Positions 55,622 through 64,000 of a DNA stretch of 64,000 bases are shown piece by piece (within the stretch, counting starts at the first letter, position 1; each line of letters begins with the position of its first letter). The DNA is from Elusimicrobiaceae bacterium. GTDB taxonomy: Bacteria; Elusimicrobiota; Elusimicrobia; Elusimicrobiales; Elusimicrobiaceae. A program made the translations under genes and the position numbers. Location: the NCBI GenBank assembly GCA_017468055.1, contig JAFUJU010000047.1, forward strand, positions 21,030 to 85,029, written 5' to 3'. The notes under the pieces were generated by a model, which ran no database searches, was not told the origin of the DNA, and worked only from the letters and a program-made list of their open reading frames with translations.

Positions 55622-57037
55622 TTACTTATTATAAGCCAAACAACAGTTGCCGAGCATACAATCTTGGCAAGTGGTTATTTTTTCTTTCTTTTCCAAGGAC
55701 TTTAAGAGTTTTTTAGCAAAGTCCGTCAGTGTCGGGTCACGCGCGCCCAAAACCAAGAGGATATCCCCCGGTTGGGCAGCGGCAGCCATGTCTGCCAAAA
55801 TACGCTCACGGCAGGAGTCATAATGCACGTTTACGCCGTTGTTCTTAAGACCTTTATACACATTTTGGCTGCTGATACCTTCGGGGATCGTGCCACCGGG
55901 GTAATACACTTCCGTCAGCCACAAGTGGTCCTCTTTGCCGATACTGATGGCTAAATTTTCTACAAATTCCGCCGTCAACATTTTAATAGACGTAAACGCA
56001 TGCGGCTGATAAAAAGCCAGCACTCTTTTTCCGCGCAAGTGCGCCGCGGCAATAGTGGCATGCAATTTATGCGGGTTATGGGCAAAATCATCAATGACTT
56101 CAATGTTGTTATATGTACCGATAGAAGCAAAACGGCGCGCAATACCGGAGAATTTTTCCAAGGCTTCAGCGCAGGTTTTTAAATCTACCCCACATTCCAA
56201 GGCCGCCGCAACGGCCGCAGTGGCATTAGACACATTATGCAAACCGGGGATATTAATTTTAAAAGGTTGCCCCTGAATGACAAAAGTAGAGCCAAAGCCT
56301 GTGACACGTACATCTTCGGGGTGAATATCCCCATGGTGCAGGCCGAAGGTTTTGCCGGAAGAGGCAACAGCTTTTAAATTATCTTCTTCCGCATTGACAA
56401 TGGCATGTTGGCAGTTTTTGACAAATTGGGTAAAGAAGCCTTGTAAGACGTCTATTTCTTTATGGTCTTTGCGCAAATTTAAGCATAAACCTAAATAAGG
56501 GTGATACTTGACGATAGATCCGTCGCTTTCGTCGGCTTCAATAACCAGCAAATCAGACGCGCCTTTGTACACATTACCGAACACACCCTGTTCTTTTTGC
56601 AAAGACATAATGGCCGCCCCGGTAATGACGGAGGGGCTTTTGCCGGCATAGGCCAAAATTTCATACACCATAGCAGTGGTGGTGCTTTTGCCGCTGGTGC
56701 CGGATACGGCAATGGTGCGGTGCTCTGCCACGTGCTTGGCCAACAGTTCGGAGCGGTGCATGGTGGGAATGTCCAATTCTTTGGCTTTTTGAATTTCCGG
56801 ATTGTCCGCTTCAATGGCGGTGGATAGAATGACAAGATCTGTCTTTTCATCTAAACCGCTTCCGTCCTGCGGAAATAGCTGAATATTTAAATTTTTCAGA
56901 TAATCCCATAAGGCCAAATCATGGTAGCCTTTGTTAATCAAACGGTCTGAACCGGTGACGGTATCCCCGCGCATGGCGTGCAACTGTGCCAATGCGCTCA
57001 TACCTACTCCGCCAATTCCTACAAAATGAATTTTCAT
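55622..57037 (-). CDS. murC: MurC/Mpl family UDP-MurNAc ligase
   Basis: HFVGIGGVGMSALA, GTSGKSTTT, EADESDGS, DDFAHNP, YQPH. Confidence 0.75.
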   Translation of the reverse strand: MKIHFVGIGGVGMSALAQLHAMRGDTVTGSDRLINKGYHDLALWDYLKNLNIQLFPQDGSGLDEKTDLVILSTAIEADNPEIQKAKELDIPTMHRSELLAKHVAEHRTIAVSGTSGKSTTTAMVYEILAYAGKSPSVITGAAIMSLQKEQGVFGNVYKGASDLLVIEADESDGSIVKYHPYLGLCLNLRKDHKEIDVLQGFFTQFVKNCQHAIVNAEEDNLKAVASSGKTFGLHHGDIHPEDVRVTGFGSTFVIQGQPFKINIPGLHNVSNATAAVAAALECGVDLKTCAEALEKFSGIARRFASIGTYNNIEVIDDFAHNPHKLHATIAAAHLRGKRVLAFYQPHAFTSIKMLTAEFVENLAISIGKEDHLWLTEVYYPGGTIPEGISSQNVYKGLKNNGVNVHYDSCRERILADMAAAAQPGDILLVLGARDPTLTDFAKKLLKSLEKKEKITTCQDCMLGNCCLAYNK

Positions 57038-57723
57038 AAAGTTACTTCCTTTTTCTTAGAAGATTTAAGTATAAAACGGGTATAATCCTGCATGGTATAA
57101 AATCCGGCCGGCTGTTTGACGAGCCAAGCAGCAATATGCACCGCAGAAGAAGCAAACAAGTCACGATCTGTTGCTTCGTGCTTTATCATAATTTTATCAT
57201 GGGAAGAAGACAAAGAAAGAACGTGCGTTCCCACGGTTTCTCCAAAGCGTTCATACGATATTTTGGAAGCAGGTAAATCAATCGCTTCCGCTAATTTTTT
57301 AGCTGTGCCGGAGGGGGCATCTTTTTTGTGTACATGATGGATTTCATGCAAAGACCGTTCATATCCGCTGTACATTTGGGATGCCTGTTTTAAAAGTTCT
57401 CCGAAAAAATAAACACTTAAGCTGACATTGGGTGCATAGAAGAGCGGAATGCGATGCTCTTCTTGGATTTGAAATAAAAAACGTTCGGGCAGGTTGGTCG
57501 TGCCGATCAGGCAGGCTGCTTTTAATTCTTTAGCTAAGTCAAAAGCCTCTTGTGCTCCTTGCGGAGAAGAAAAATCAATTACAATATCCGCAGAAGCGGT
57601 GGTTTTTTCTCCGGCTTCACGCAGGGAGGCTACTTCCATAGCTAATTCGGGAGTAGAGGAAATAATGCGGGCAATAGCCTGCCCCATTTTTCCGTTGGCA
57701 CCGTTAATAATTACACGTTTCAC
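57034..57723 (-). CDS. dapB: 4-hydroxy-tetrahydrodipicolinate reductase
   Basis: GANGKMG, IDFS, IGTT, EIHHVHKKDAPSGTA. Confidence 0.93.
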   Translation of the reverse strand: MKRVIINGANGKMGQAIARIISSTPELAMEVASLREAGEKTTASADIVIDFSSPQGAQEAFDLAKELKAACLIGTTNLPERFLFQIQEEHRIPLFYAPNVSLSVYFFGELLKQASQMYSGYERSLHEIHHVHKKDAPSGTAKKLAEAIDLPASKISYERFGETVGTHVLSLSSSHDKIMIKHEATDRDLFASSAVHIAAWLVKQPAGFYTMQDYTRFILKSSKKKEVTL

Positions 57724-58598
57724 AGATATTTCTCCAACAATAGTTCAATAATTTGTCGGGCATTCATCGCAGCCCCTTTGAGTAAATTATCAAACGTAAT
57801 AAAATAATGAATAATATTTTTTTCTTCTACGTCTGCACGCAAACGGCAAGCATAGGTTGTTTCCTGACCGTTGGCTTGTTTGGGTGTGATGATGTCCTCG
57901 CTATAAGTTAAATTATCAAAATTATTCCACGCTTGTTTGACTAAAGCAAGGTCAAAATCTTCTTTTGCTTTTAACGTAACACCTAAACTGTGGGCATTTT
58001 CCACTGCTACGCGCACGGTATGAGGATATACTTTGATTTTGGGTAATTCCAAAATTTTGCGGGTTTCGTAGATGCCTTTTAGTTCTTCGCTGGAATAGCC
58101 GTTTTCTTGAATAGAGCCAATCAGAGGAACACAATTGTTTTCATACAGAGAGCCGGCAGTATGAAATTCTTCCAACAATTTTTTCCCACCCCCGCTAATA
58201 GCCTGATAAGAACAAAAGAATACTTCCGTTAACGAATAATATTTGCGCAGCGGAGCCATGGTCATGACAAGGCCGGTGGTGGTACAATTTGGGCTGGCAA
58301 TTAAACGGGTATTTGCCGTAATAGCATGCGGATTAATTTCCGGAATTACCAAGGGTACCTGTGGATCCTGACGGAAATGGGCAGACATATCCACCATGTA
58401 ACCAATGCGGTCTTTAAGCTGTTCATACAGGCGCGCACTGTCCGGATTGTCTGTACAAAAAACAGCTGCATCTAAGGCCGGCACTTCGTCTTGGCGACCC
58501 AAAAGTTTGACTTCAAAAGGGGTTTTGATTTTCTTAAATTCTGCTTGTAAGGTGCGTCCCACAACGCCGTTTGCACCAATAATACCTACGGTTTTCAT
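57720..58598 (-). CDS. asd: Aspartate-semialdehyde dehydrogenase
   Basis: GANGVVG, VPLVIPEIN, SPNCTT, YQAISGGG, DNLLKGAA. Confidence 0.92.
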   Translation of the reverse strand: MKTVGIIGANGVVGRTLQAEFKKIKTPFEVKLLGRQDEVPALDAAVFCTDNPDSARLYEQLKDRIGYMVDMSAHFRQDPQVPLVIPEINPHAITANTRLIASPNCTTTGLVMTMAPLRKYYSLTEVFFCSYQAISGGGKKLLEEFHTAGSLYENNCVPLIGSIQENGYSSEELKGIYETRKILELPKIKVYPHTVRVAVENAHSLGVTLKAKEDFDLALVKQAWNNFDNLTYSEDIITPKQANGQETTYACRLRADVEEKNIIHYFITFDNLLKGAAMNARQIIELLLEKYL

Positions 58599-58606
58599 CA
58601 GGTCTC

Positions 58607-59491
58607 CTAAATGAGTAAAGATTTTTTAGTTTGTGCCAAAACAGCATCTACTTTTGTTTTATTTTCTTTAGACACCTCTCCCAAGGGTAAGCGCACGGTT
58701 TCGGTGCCGATTGCTAAGCGAGATAACAAGTATTTCACGCAAGTGGGGTTGGTCTCTGTGTAGCAGGCTTTAATCAGCGGATAGGCTTGGGTAAAAAGTT
58801 CAAATGCTTGTGCGGTTTGTCCTTTTTGCCAGTGTTGATAAATACGTACAAAGGCCGGAGCTAATACATTGGCAGCTGCGCTGATAATACCGCTGGAACG
58901 GATGCTCAAATACTGTAAGAACAAATCATCATTTCCGCAAAGATAATTGATATTTTGGGCGTGTTGAACGGCGGTATCCGTTACACCGCACATATCATAA
59001 TCAGATTCTTTGACGGCTTTGATTTGCGGTACTTCTTGCAGTAGTTTTGTTAAAACGGGTACCGGCAGTTTTAATCCAGTCCGTCCGGGAATGTGATACA
59101 AAACAATTGGGCAACCCAGTTGGGCCACTTGACGGTAATGCTCCAGCAGACCGGAAGGGTTGGGTTTGTTATAGTACGGAGTGACCACCAAAATACCGTC
59201 CGGAGAATGGCGCAAAGCTGCTTGGGAATTTTTTAAAGTGGAGGCGGTGCAATTGCTTCCGGTGCCGATGATTACTTTTACTCGTTTATTAATTTGTTTG
59301 ATAGCAGCGCAGAGTAACTCATCTTTTTCTGCCTCATCCAAAGTGGCTGCTTCTGCCGTGGTACCTAATAACACAAGGCCGTCCACTCCGGCTGAAATTT
59401 GTTTTTCTATCAAAATTTCCAAACTATGAAAATCTATTTTTGCTTCTTTGGTAAAAGGGGTAACTAATGCTGTGTAAACGCCTTTAAACAT
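58607..59491 (-). CDS. dapA: 4-hydroxy-tetrahydrodipicolinate synthase
   Basis: TALVTPF, GTTAE, TPYYNKP, YHIPGRT, VKES. Confidence 0.93.
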   Translation of the reverse strand: MFKGVYTALVTPFTKEAKIDFHSLEILIEKQISAGVDGLVLLGTTAEAATLDEAEKDELLCAAIKQINKRVKVIIGTGSNCTASTLKNSQAALRHSPDGILVVTPYYNKPNPSGLLEHYRQVAQLGCPIVLYHIPGRTGLKLPVPVLTKLLQEVPQIKAVKESDYDMCGVTDTAVQHAQNINYLCGNDDLFLQYLSIRSSGIISAAANVLAPAFVRIYQHWQKGQTAQAFELFTQAYPLIKACYTETNPTCVKYLLSRLAIGTETVRLPLGEVSKENKTKVDAVLAQTKKSLLI

Positions 59492-59582
59492 AAACGGCCT
59501 CCAAGTTTTCTTGCGCAGTTACTTTTAAATATTTTAGCATTAATTGCTATAATGAAGAGAGATTTTGCTCAAGGGGAAAAAC

Positions 59583-60746
59583 ATGTCAGAGAACAAAGAA
59601 GATTTGAACCAGGATAACACCAGCATGACGGGCTGGGAACAAAAACTAAAAGAAAAAGAGAAGACGGATCTTTCTTTCACGGAAAAAAATGTAGAAACGG
59701 AAGGAGTAAATACGGTTTTTGGATTGGATAAAGAGGAGCAAAAGGGCGCAGAGCCCGTCCGTAAATCGCCAAAAAACAGAAGTAATTTTTGGTTCTTTTT
59801 GTTGTTGTTCTCTTTTTGTATTTCTGCTGTATGCGGTGTATATTTGACCGTCAAGCCGGGAATGTCTTGCCCAAAACAAAATAATTGTGCCGGTAAGAAT
59901 TTTTCCTTTGCTTCCTCTAAAAAAGACAAACAAAGCGAAGGATTGGCTTGGATCAAAGTAAGAGGAGCTATTGCAGAAAATAGTGACTCCAGCCCATTTA
60001 GCATGCCCAGCAGTGCTTCTTATATTTCCAAACGCATTCGGGAAGCGGCCAAAGCAGAAAATGTAAAAGCTATTGTATTGGATATTAACTCTCCGGGAGG
60101 TACCGTTGCTTCCGTACAAGATATTCATGCGGAAATTTTAGCCGCTAAAGAGAAAGGTAAAAAAGTGGTGGCTTTGTTTCGTGATGTTGCCGCAAGCGGT
60201 GCTTTTTACATTGCCATGGCGGCAGACCAAATTGTGGCTGAACCGGGGACGATTACCGGTTCAGTGGGCGTAATTATGCAGGCGGGGAATGTGGTTGGTT
60301 TATTTAATAAGTTGGGTATTTCCGTTACGCCGATAACGTCCGGAAAATACAAAGACATTGGCTCTGCTTACCGTCCTATGACCGATGCGGAAAAAGCAAT
60401 TTTGCAAGATATGGTAGATGATACTTATGAGCAGTTCTTAGCCGCCGTAAAGGCCGGACGCCCCAATGTAAAACCGGAAGACATGGCCGCTTATACAGAT
60501 GGACGTATTTTTACGGGCCAACGTGCTTTTCAATTAGGCTTTATTGACAAGTTAGGCGGAGAAGAAACAGCCCGCCTGTTAGCCGGAGAACTGGCCGGAC
60601 TGGAAGACCCTAAAATCTTGAGCCAAAAAACGGAAGGCATAAGAGAGCTACTCTTTTCGTTTGGTTCTGGCATGGAAGGAAAAAATTTAGCCAAGCAATT
60701 GCAAAGCATGAATACCCCATCGGTTTCTTATTTGTGGGTCTTATAG
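59583..60746 (+). CDS. sppA: Signal peptide peptidase SppA (S49)
   Basis: INSPGG, AASGAFYIA, TGSVGV, GKYKD, DGRIFTG. Confidence 0.92.
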   Translation: MSENKEDLNQDNTSMTGWEQKLKEKEKTDLSFTEKNVETEGVNTVFGLDKEEQKGAEPVRKSPKNRSNFWFFLLLFSFCISAVCGVYLTVKPGMSCPKQNNCAGKNFSFASSKKDKQSEGLAWIKVRGAIAENSDSSPFSMPSSASYISKRIREAAKAENVKAIVLDINSPGGTVASVQDIHAEILAAKEKGKKVVALFRDVAASGAFYIAMAADQIVAEPGTITGSVGVIMQAGNVVGLFNKLGISVTPITSGKYKDIGSAYRPMTDAEKAILQDMVDDTYEQFLAAVKAGRPNVKPEDMAAYTDGRIFTGQRAFQLGFIDKLGGEETARLLAGELAGLEDPKILSQKTEGIRELLFSFGSGMEGKNLAKQLQSMNTPSVSYLWVL

Positions 60747-60755
60747 GAGAGGTTT

Positions 60756-61316
60756 ATGTCCGTTTTGTGGAACGCTTATTTTAAATATGCCAAAGATCCT
60801 TCCGCCGCAGTGCGCGGGCTGGTGGAAGAGCGTCATTTCAGTGCGGCACTTTTGGGGTACGCAGCAGCAGCGTTGTGTTGGGTGGTTTTCTTTTGGATAG
60901 GGGACGGCCTTTCTGCATGGGGACTTTTGTGGAGGCTGGCTTTCTTTTGGTTGCTGGAAGTAACTTTTGGTTATTTGTGGGCAGCTTTGTCGGGCCTGTT
61001 TCTTAATTTCTTTTCGGACAGTAATGGCTCTTCCTCTTTGTTTGTCGTGTTGGGTTTGTCCGGATTTGTGCAAGGAATTTTGCTGATTTTTGCTCTGTTT
61101 TCAGCTGCCTTGCCATGGTTTACCCCATTGGCGGCATTAGCCTTTGTAGTTAGCCTGTTGTGGCGTTTTTCTTTTGTTGTTTTAAATACGGCCCGTGCAT
61201 CTGAAGTAGGGTTGGCGAAAGCTTTTTGTGTCTTATGTTTTGCCTTTGTTCCGGTAGGAGCGATCGCTTTACTCAGTTTGGGAACTTTGATTTTGGGTTT
61301 TAGCTTGTTGATTTAA
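60756..61316 (+). CDS. Yip1-like multi-TM membrane protein
   Basis: About five hydrophobic segments and an N-terminal P..A...L pattern. Confidence 0.55.
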   Translation: MSVLWNAYFKYAKDPSAAVRGLVEERHFSAALLGYAAAALCWVVFFWIGDGLSAWGLLWRLAFFWLLEVTFGYLWAALSGLFLNFFSDSNGSSSLFVVLGLSGFVQGILLIFALFSAALPWFTPLAALAFVVSLLWRFSFVVLNTARASEVGLAKAFCVLCFAFVPVGAIALLSLGTLILGFSLLI

Positions 61317-61338
61317 TATTTTGCCAAAATAAAATTTT

Positions 61339-61977
61339 ATGCCTAAAAAAACAAAAACTCGGGAAGACAAAAATGTGCGTGAACAGCGTATGCGGGCACG
61401 CATCAAATCGGCGGCTTTTAAACTCATGGCAGAGAAAGGGATAGAAAATGTTTCTATGCGCGAAATTGCCGAAAAGGTAAAAGTCACCAAGCCCGTTCTT
61501 TATTACTACTTCAAGGATAAAGAGGATCTTTGCTCTTCCATTATTGCCCAACATACCGAACATTTTTCCCAATTTTTACAAAAAGCTCTTTCGACAGATT
61601 TATCGGCAGCGGAGTTGTTAGGAGAAATATTTGAAAGACATTTAGAATTTTTTCAAAAAGATACCCGCAATTCCAAATTTATCGCCCAAGTTATGAGCCA
61701 TGCTTTGAATACAAAATTGCGGCGTTTTAGTCCAAAGACGCAAGAAGAAGCGTTAAACGGGGCTTTGGCTTGTTTGGCAGAAAAAGGTGAAATCCCCCAA
61801 AAAGGAAAAATGGATTTGGAGTGTTTGGTACGTGCCGTATTTTTGCAAATTATGCTTTCGGCTTATATCCGGCAGCATGCCTCTGTCCAAATGCCGTACG
61901 AGTATGACAATTCCTCTGTCAATCGTCTTGCTAAAATACTGGTGTTGGGCATACGTGAATATTATAAGCCCCGTTAA
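61339..61977 (+). CDS. TetR/AcrR family regulator
   Basis: KGIENVSMREIAEKVKVTKPVLYYYFKDKEDL HTH. Confidence 0.92.
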   Translation: MPKKTKTREDKNVREQRMRARIKSAAFKLMAEKGIENVSMREIAEKVKVTKPVLYYYFKDKEDLCSSIIAQHTEHFSQFLQKALSTDLSAAELLGEIFERHLEFFQKDTRNSKFIAQVMSHALNTKLRRFSPKTQEEALNGALACLAEKGEIPQKGKMDLECLVRAVFLQIMLSAYIRQHASVQMPYEYDNSSVNRLAKILVLGIREYYKPR

Positions 61978-62106
61978 AGAAGTGGCTTTTATATGTCTTA
62001 GAACCCCTAGCTACGCTGGGGGATTTTTATTTCTGGGTCCTTTGGTCCGGAAAAAATAGGCCTAAAGACTCTTGAATCATTCTTCTTGTTTTGAAATACT
62101 AAAAGT

Positions 62107-63684
62107 ATGAGGAATTTTTTTCAGAAAATCGGAGCCCTAAGCCTTTCTTTTTTATTGTTTTTCTCTTCCTGTTTTCTTCATGCGCAGGAAGCGAATAATT
62201 ATTTTCCTTCCCAATTCTATTCCACCCCCCCTTCTGTGGCAACTCCGATTGCAAATTTGCAGAGATATTTGGAGCAACAAACCAAATCCCCCTTCAGAGA
62301 GGGGCTTGGTATATTAAGAACTGATTTTGAAGAAAGCGGTTTTGTAAATGCTTGTACATATGCAAGGGTCATCGCAGATGACGCGTACTTAGAAGAATTA
62401 AGTGGAGAAGATTTGGCGGAAATTGTTTACTACGGGCATTTTGTATATGTAAGTGGCAGTGAAAAGAAATGTGAGCAAGATATTAAAAATCGGATTTACG
62501 GACTTTTAAATAGCACATATGATGATAATGGCCGTTTTTTCCAAAGGAATGGATTTTTGTTGTTGGTGGCTTCTGCGCTAGGACGAAACCAGTTTTTTAA
62601 ATGGGAAATAGAAGAGATGGCTTTTGAAAAAATAAGTTTGGCTGCCTCTAATCCGGTAACTTCCCAAAGAGCCCGCTGGGCGGTGGAACTGGTGTATTTA
62701 TTGGCGCAGGATCCGGCTGAGGCGGAAGTGCCTGTACGCAGCGAAGCCAGCCGCGAAATGTTTGAAAGACGATTGGAAAGATATATCCGTCAGTTTGATC
62801 GTCTTAAAAATTACCGCTCGGATTATTACGTTCCCGGAGTTCCCTGTAATGATGTCTTGAAGATTTCAAATCAAGGCTCTTTGATTTCGCTGTTTGCGCA
62901 AGTAAATAATTATTTGTCTATGAAACATGATGATAATATTCTTAAGCAAATGGTGAGTACGGGCGGACTTAATTTTATCGGAAGAGGAGACCGTCCTGCT
63001 TTTTCGGATAAAGGGGAAACTTTTTACCTGCATCATGTAACCCCCGGAACAGATGGCAGAGGAAATGTGACGGATTCAACAAACGGTCACGCGCATTTAG
63101 TTTTGCACACACTGATAACGGCTTTGTTTATTTCTTATTCTTCCAGAGCCTCTTCCGATGAGTCTTCTGTCTTGATGGAAGAGTTTATTGACAGTTATTT
63201 AGATACGGACGCTAAAGGACATTTTGCTTCTTATTTATACATACCCTTGCAAGGCATGCGTATTGCTAAAATATTGGGGGATTCCTATTCCTTGTTTGGT
63301 TGGGATCGTGAAGAGGCGGCCTTGCAAAATAAAATCCATTCCATATTGAAAAAAGGATATACCGGCACGTTGGCCTGCAATTATGTACAAGGGACCTGTG
63401 AAGTGGTGGTAGAATGGTTGGCCGTCGGAAAATTAATGGGTTGGATCTTCAGAGGAGGGAAAGCTATCGTGAAAGAAGCGGGGAAGGGCATCGTCCGCGT
63501 TCTTCCGGCAAAAACAGTCTTTCAATTGGGTGTAGCTCAAGCCATTACCAAACATGCTTTTAAATGGGGAAAACAAAATATAAAGGCTTTCTTAAGCCGT
63601 TACGGTTGGAAGATAGCCGTAGCCGGTGGAAGTGCGGCCCTACTGACAGGGGACGAGCCCCTGCGTCAAACAGTCAATTATTAA
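62107..63684 (+). CDS. Secreted hypothetical protein with cationic amphipathic C-terminus
   Basis: Long ORF with an N-terminal signal peptide (LHA/QE) and no recognised family motif. Confidence 0.7.
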   Translation: MRNFFQKIGALSLSFLLFFSSCFLHAQEANNYFPSQFYSTPPSVATPIANLQRYLEQQTKSPFREGLGILRTDFEESGFVNACTYARVIADDAYLEELSGEDLAEIVYYGHFVYVSGSEKKCEQDIKNRIYGLLNSTYDDNGRFFQRNGFLLLVASALGRNQFFKWEIEEMAFEKISLAASNPVTSQRARWAVELVYLLAQDPAEAEVPVRSEASREMFERRLERYIRQFDRLKNYRSDYYVPGVPCNDVLKISNQGSLISLFAQVNNYLSMKHDDNILKQMVSTGGLNFIGRGDRPAFSDKGETFYLHHVTPGTDGRGNVTDSTNGHAHLVLHTLITALFISYSSRASSDESSVLMEEFIDSYLDTDAKGHFASYLYIPLQGMRIAKILGDSYSLFGWDREEAALQNKIHSILKKGYTGTLACNYVQGTCEVVVEWLAVGKLMGWIFRGGKAIVKEAGKGIVRVLPAKTVFQLGVAQAITKHAFKWGKQNIKAFLSRYGWKIAVAGGSAALLTGDEPLRQTVNY

Positions 63685-63715
63685 TAGATTGATTTGGATA
63701 AATTTGGATAAATAT

Positions 63716-63745
63716 AAAAACCTGTGCATTTGGCACAGGTTTTTT
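63716..63745. terminator. Bidirectional intrinsic terminator
   Basis: AAAAACCTGTGC-atttg-GCACAGGTTTTTT. Confidence 0.78.
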
Positions 63746-63781
63746 GTGATAAAAAAGCCCGCTTACGCGGGAAATAAAAAA

Positions 63782-63853
63782 AGGTGCGGGTGGGAATCGA
63801 ACCCACGAATAAGAGTTTTGCAGACTCTCGCCTTACCACTTGGCCACCGCACC
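63782..63853 (-). tRNA. tRNA-Cys (anticodon GCA), CCA not encoded
   Basis: Minus strand GGTGCGG...CCGCACC-T; anticodon loop CTGCAAA; GGTTCGATTCC T-arm; U73 discriminator. Confidence 0.95.
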
Positions 63854-64000
63854 GTGAAATCGTAAAAATATTATAGCAAAAAACAAGGCTTTTGAGAAAC
63901 AAAAGCTTTTCTACGACGAAAAAATATTTTTAAAATAGGTCTTGAATTTTTTTATTTATCTTTTATACTCTCTGTAAGGGAAGGCCAATCAAAGAGAACC

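Noticed and set aside
63869-63897. tRNA-Cys promoter (TTGTTTTTTGCTATAAT on the minus strand) as a fifth poly-T promoter
   Set aside because: It has only T6, no TTGACT and no upstream box. It is an ordinary extended -10 promoter.

Overview
This window is the replication-origin region of an AT-rich diderm bacterium. The short-leader MKKGFTLIELLVVVLIIGILSAVALPQY pilins suggest Elusimicrobiota (inference). It is mostly housekeeping: glmU, the F1Fo operon (with an rfaD/gmhD gene inserted between atpA and atpG), parAB, an O2/superoxide-defence cluster, dnaA-oriC-dnaN-dciA-gyrBA, dnaX-recR-comEC, a peptidoglycan-recycling operon, uvrB, hrcA-grpE-dnaK, dapA-asd-dapB-murC, tRNA-Val(CAC) and tRNA-Cys(GCA). 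The most striking feature is four unlinked surface-protein genes (three orphan type IV pilins and one lipoprotein). Each lies behind the same promoter, TTGACT-TG-(T)11-12-GC-TACAAT, whose -35/-10 spacer is a poly-T tract giving 15-16 bp rather than the optimal 17 bp. This looks like a dispersed, slipped-strand phase-variation system controlling a pilin/surface-antigen repertoire. It comes with a fixed-distance upstream box, two leader types and a repeated upstream hairpin element bounded by direct repeats. A non-canonical parS palindrome (GTTTTCACGTGAAAAC) co-occurs with an R-to-K change in the ParB recognition helix. All calls come from reading the sequence; no database searches were run.
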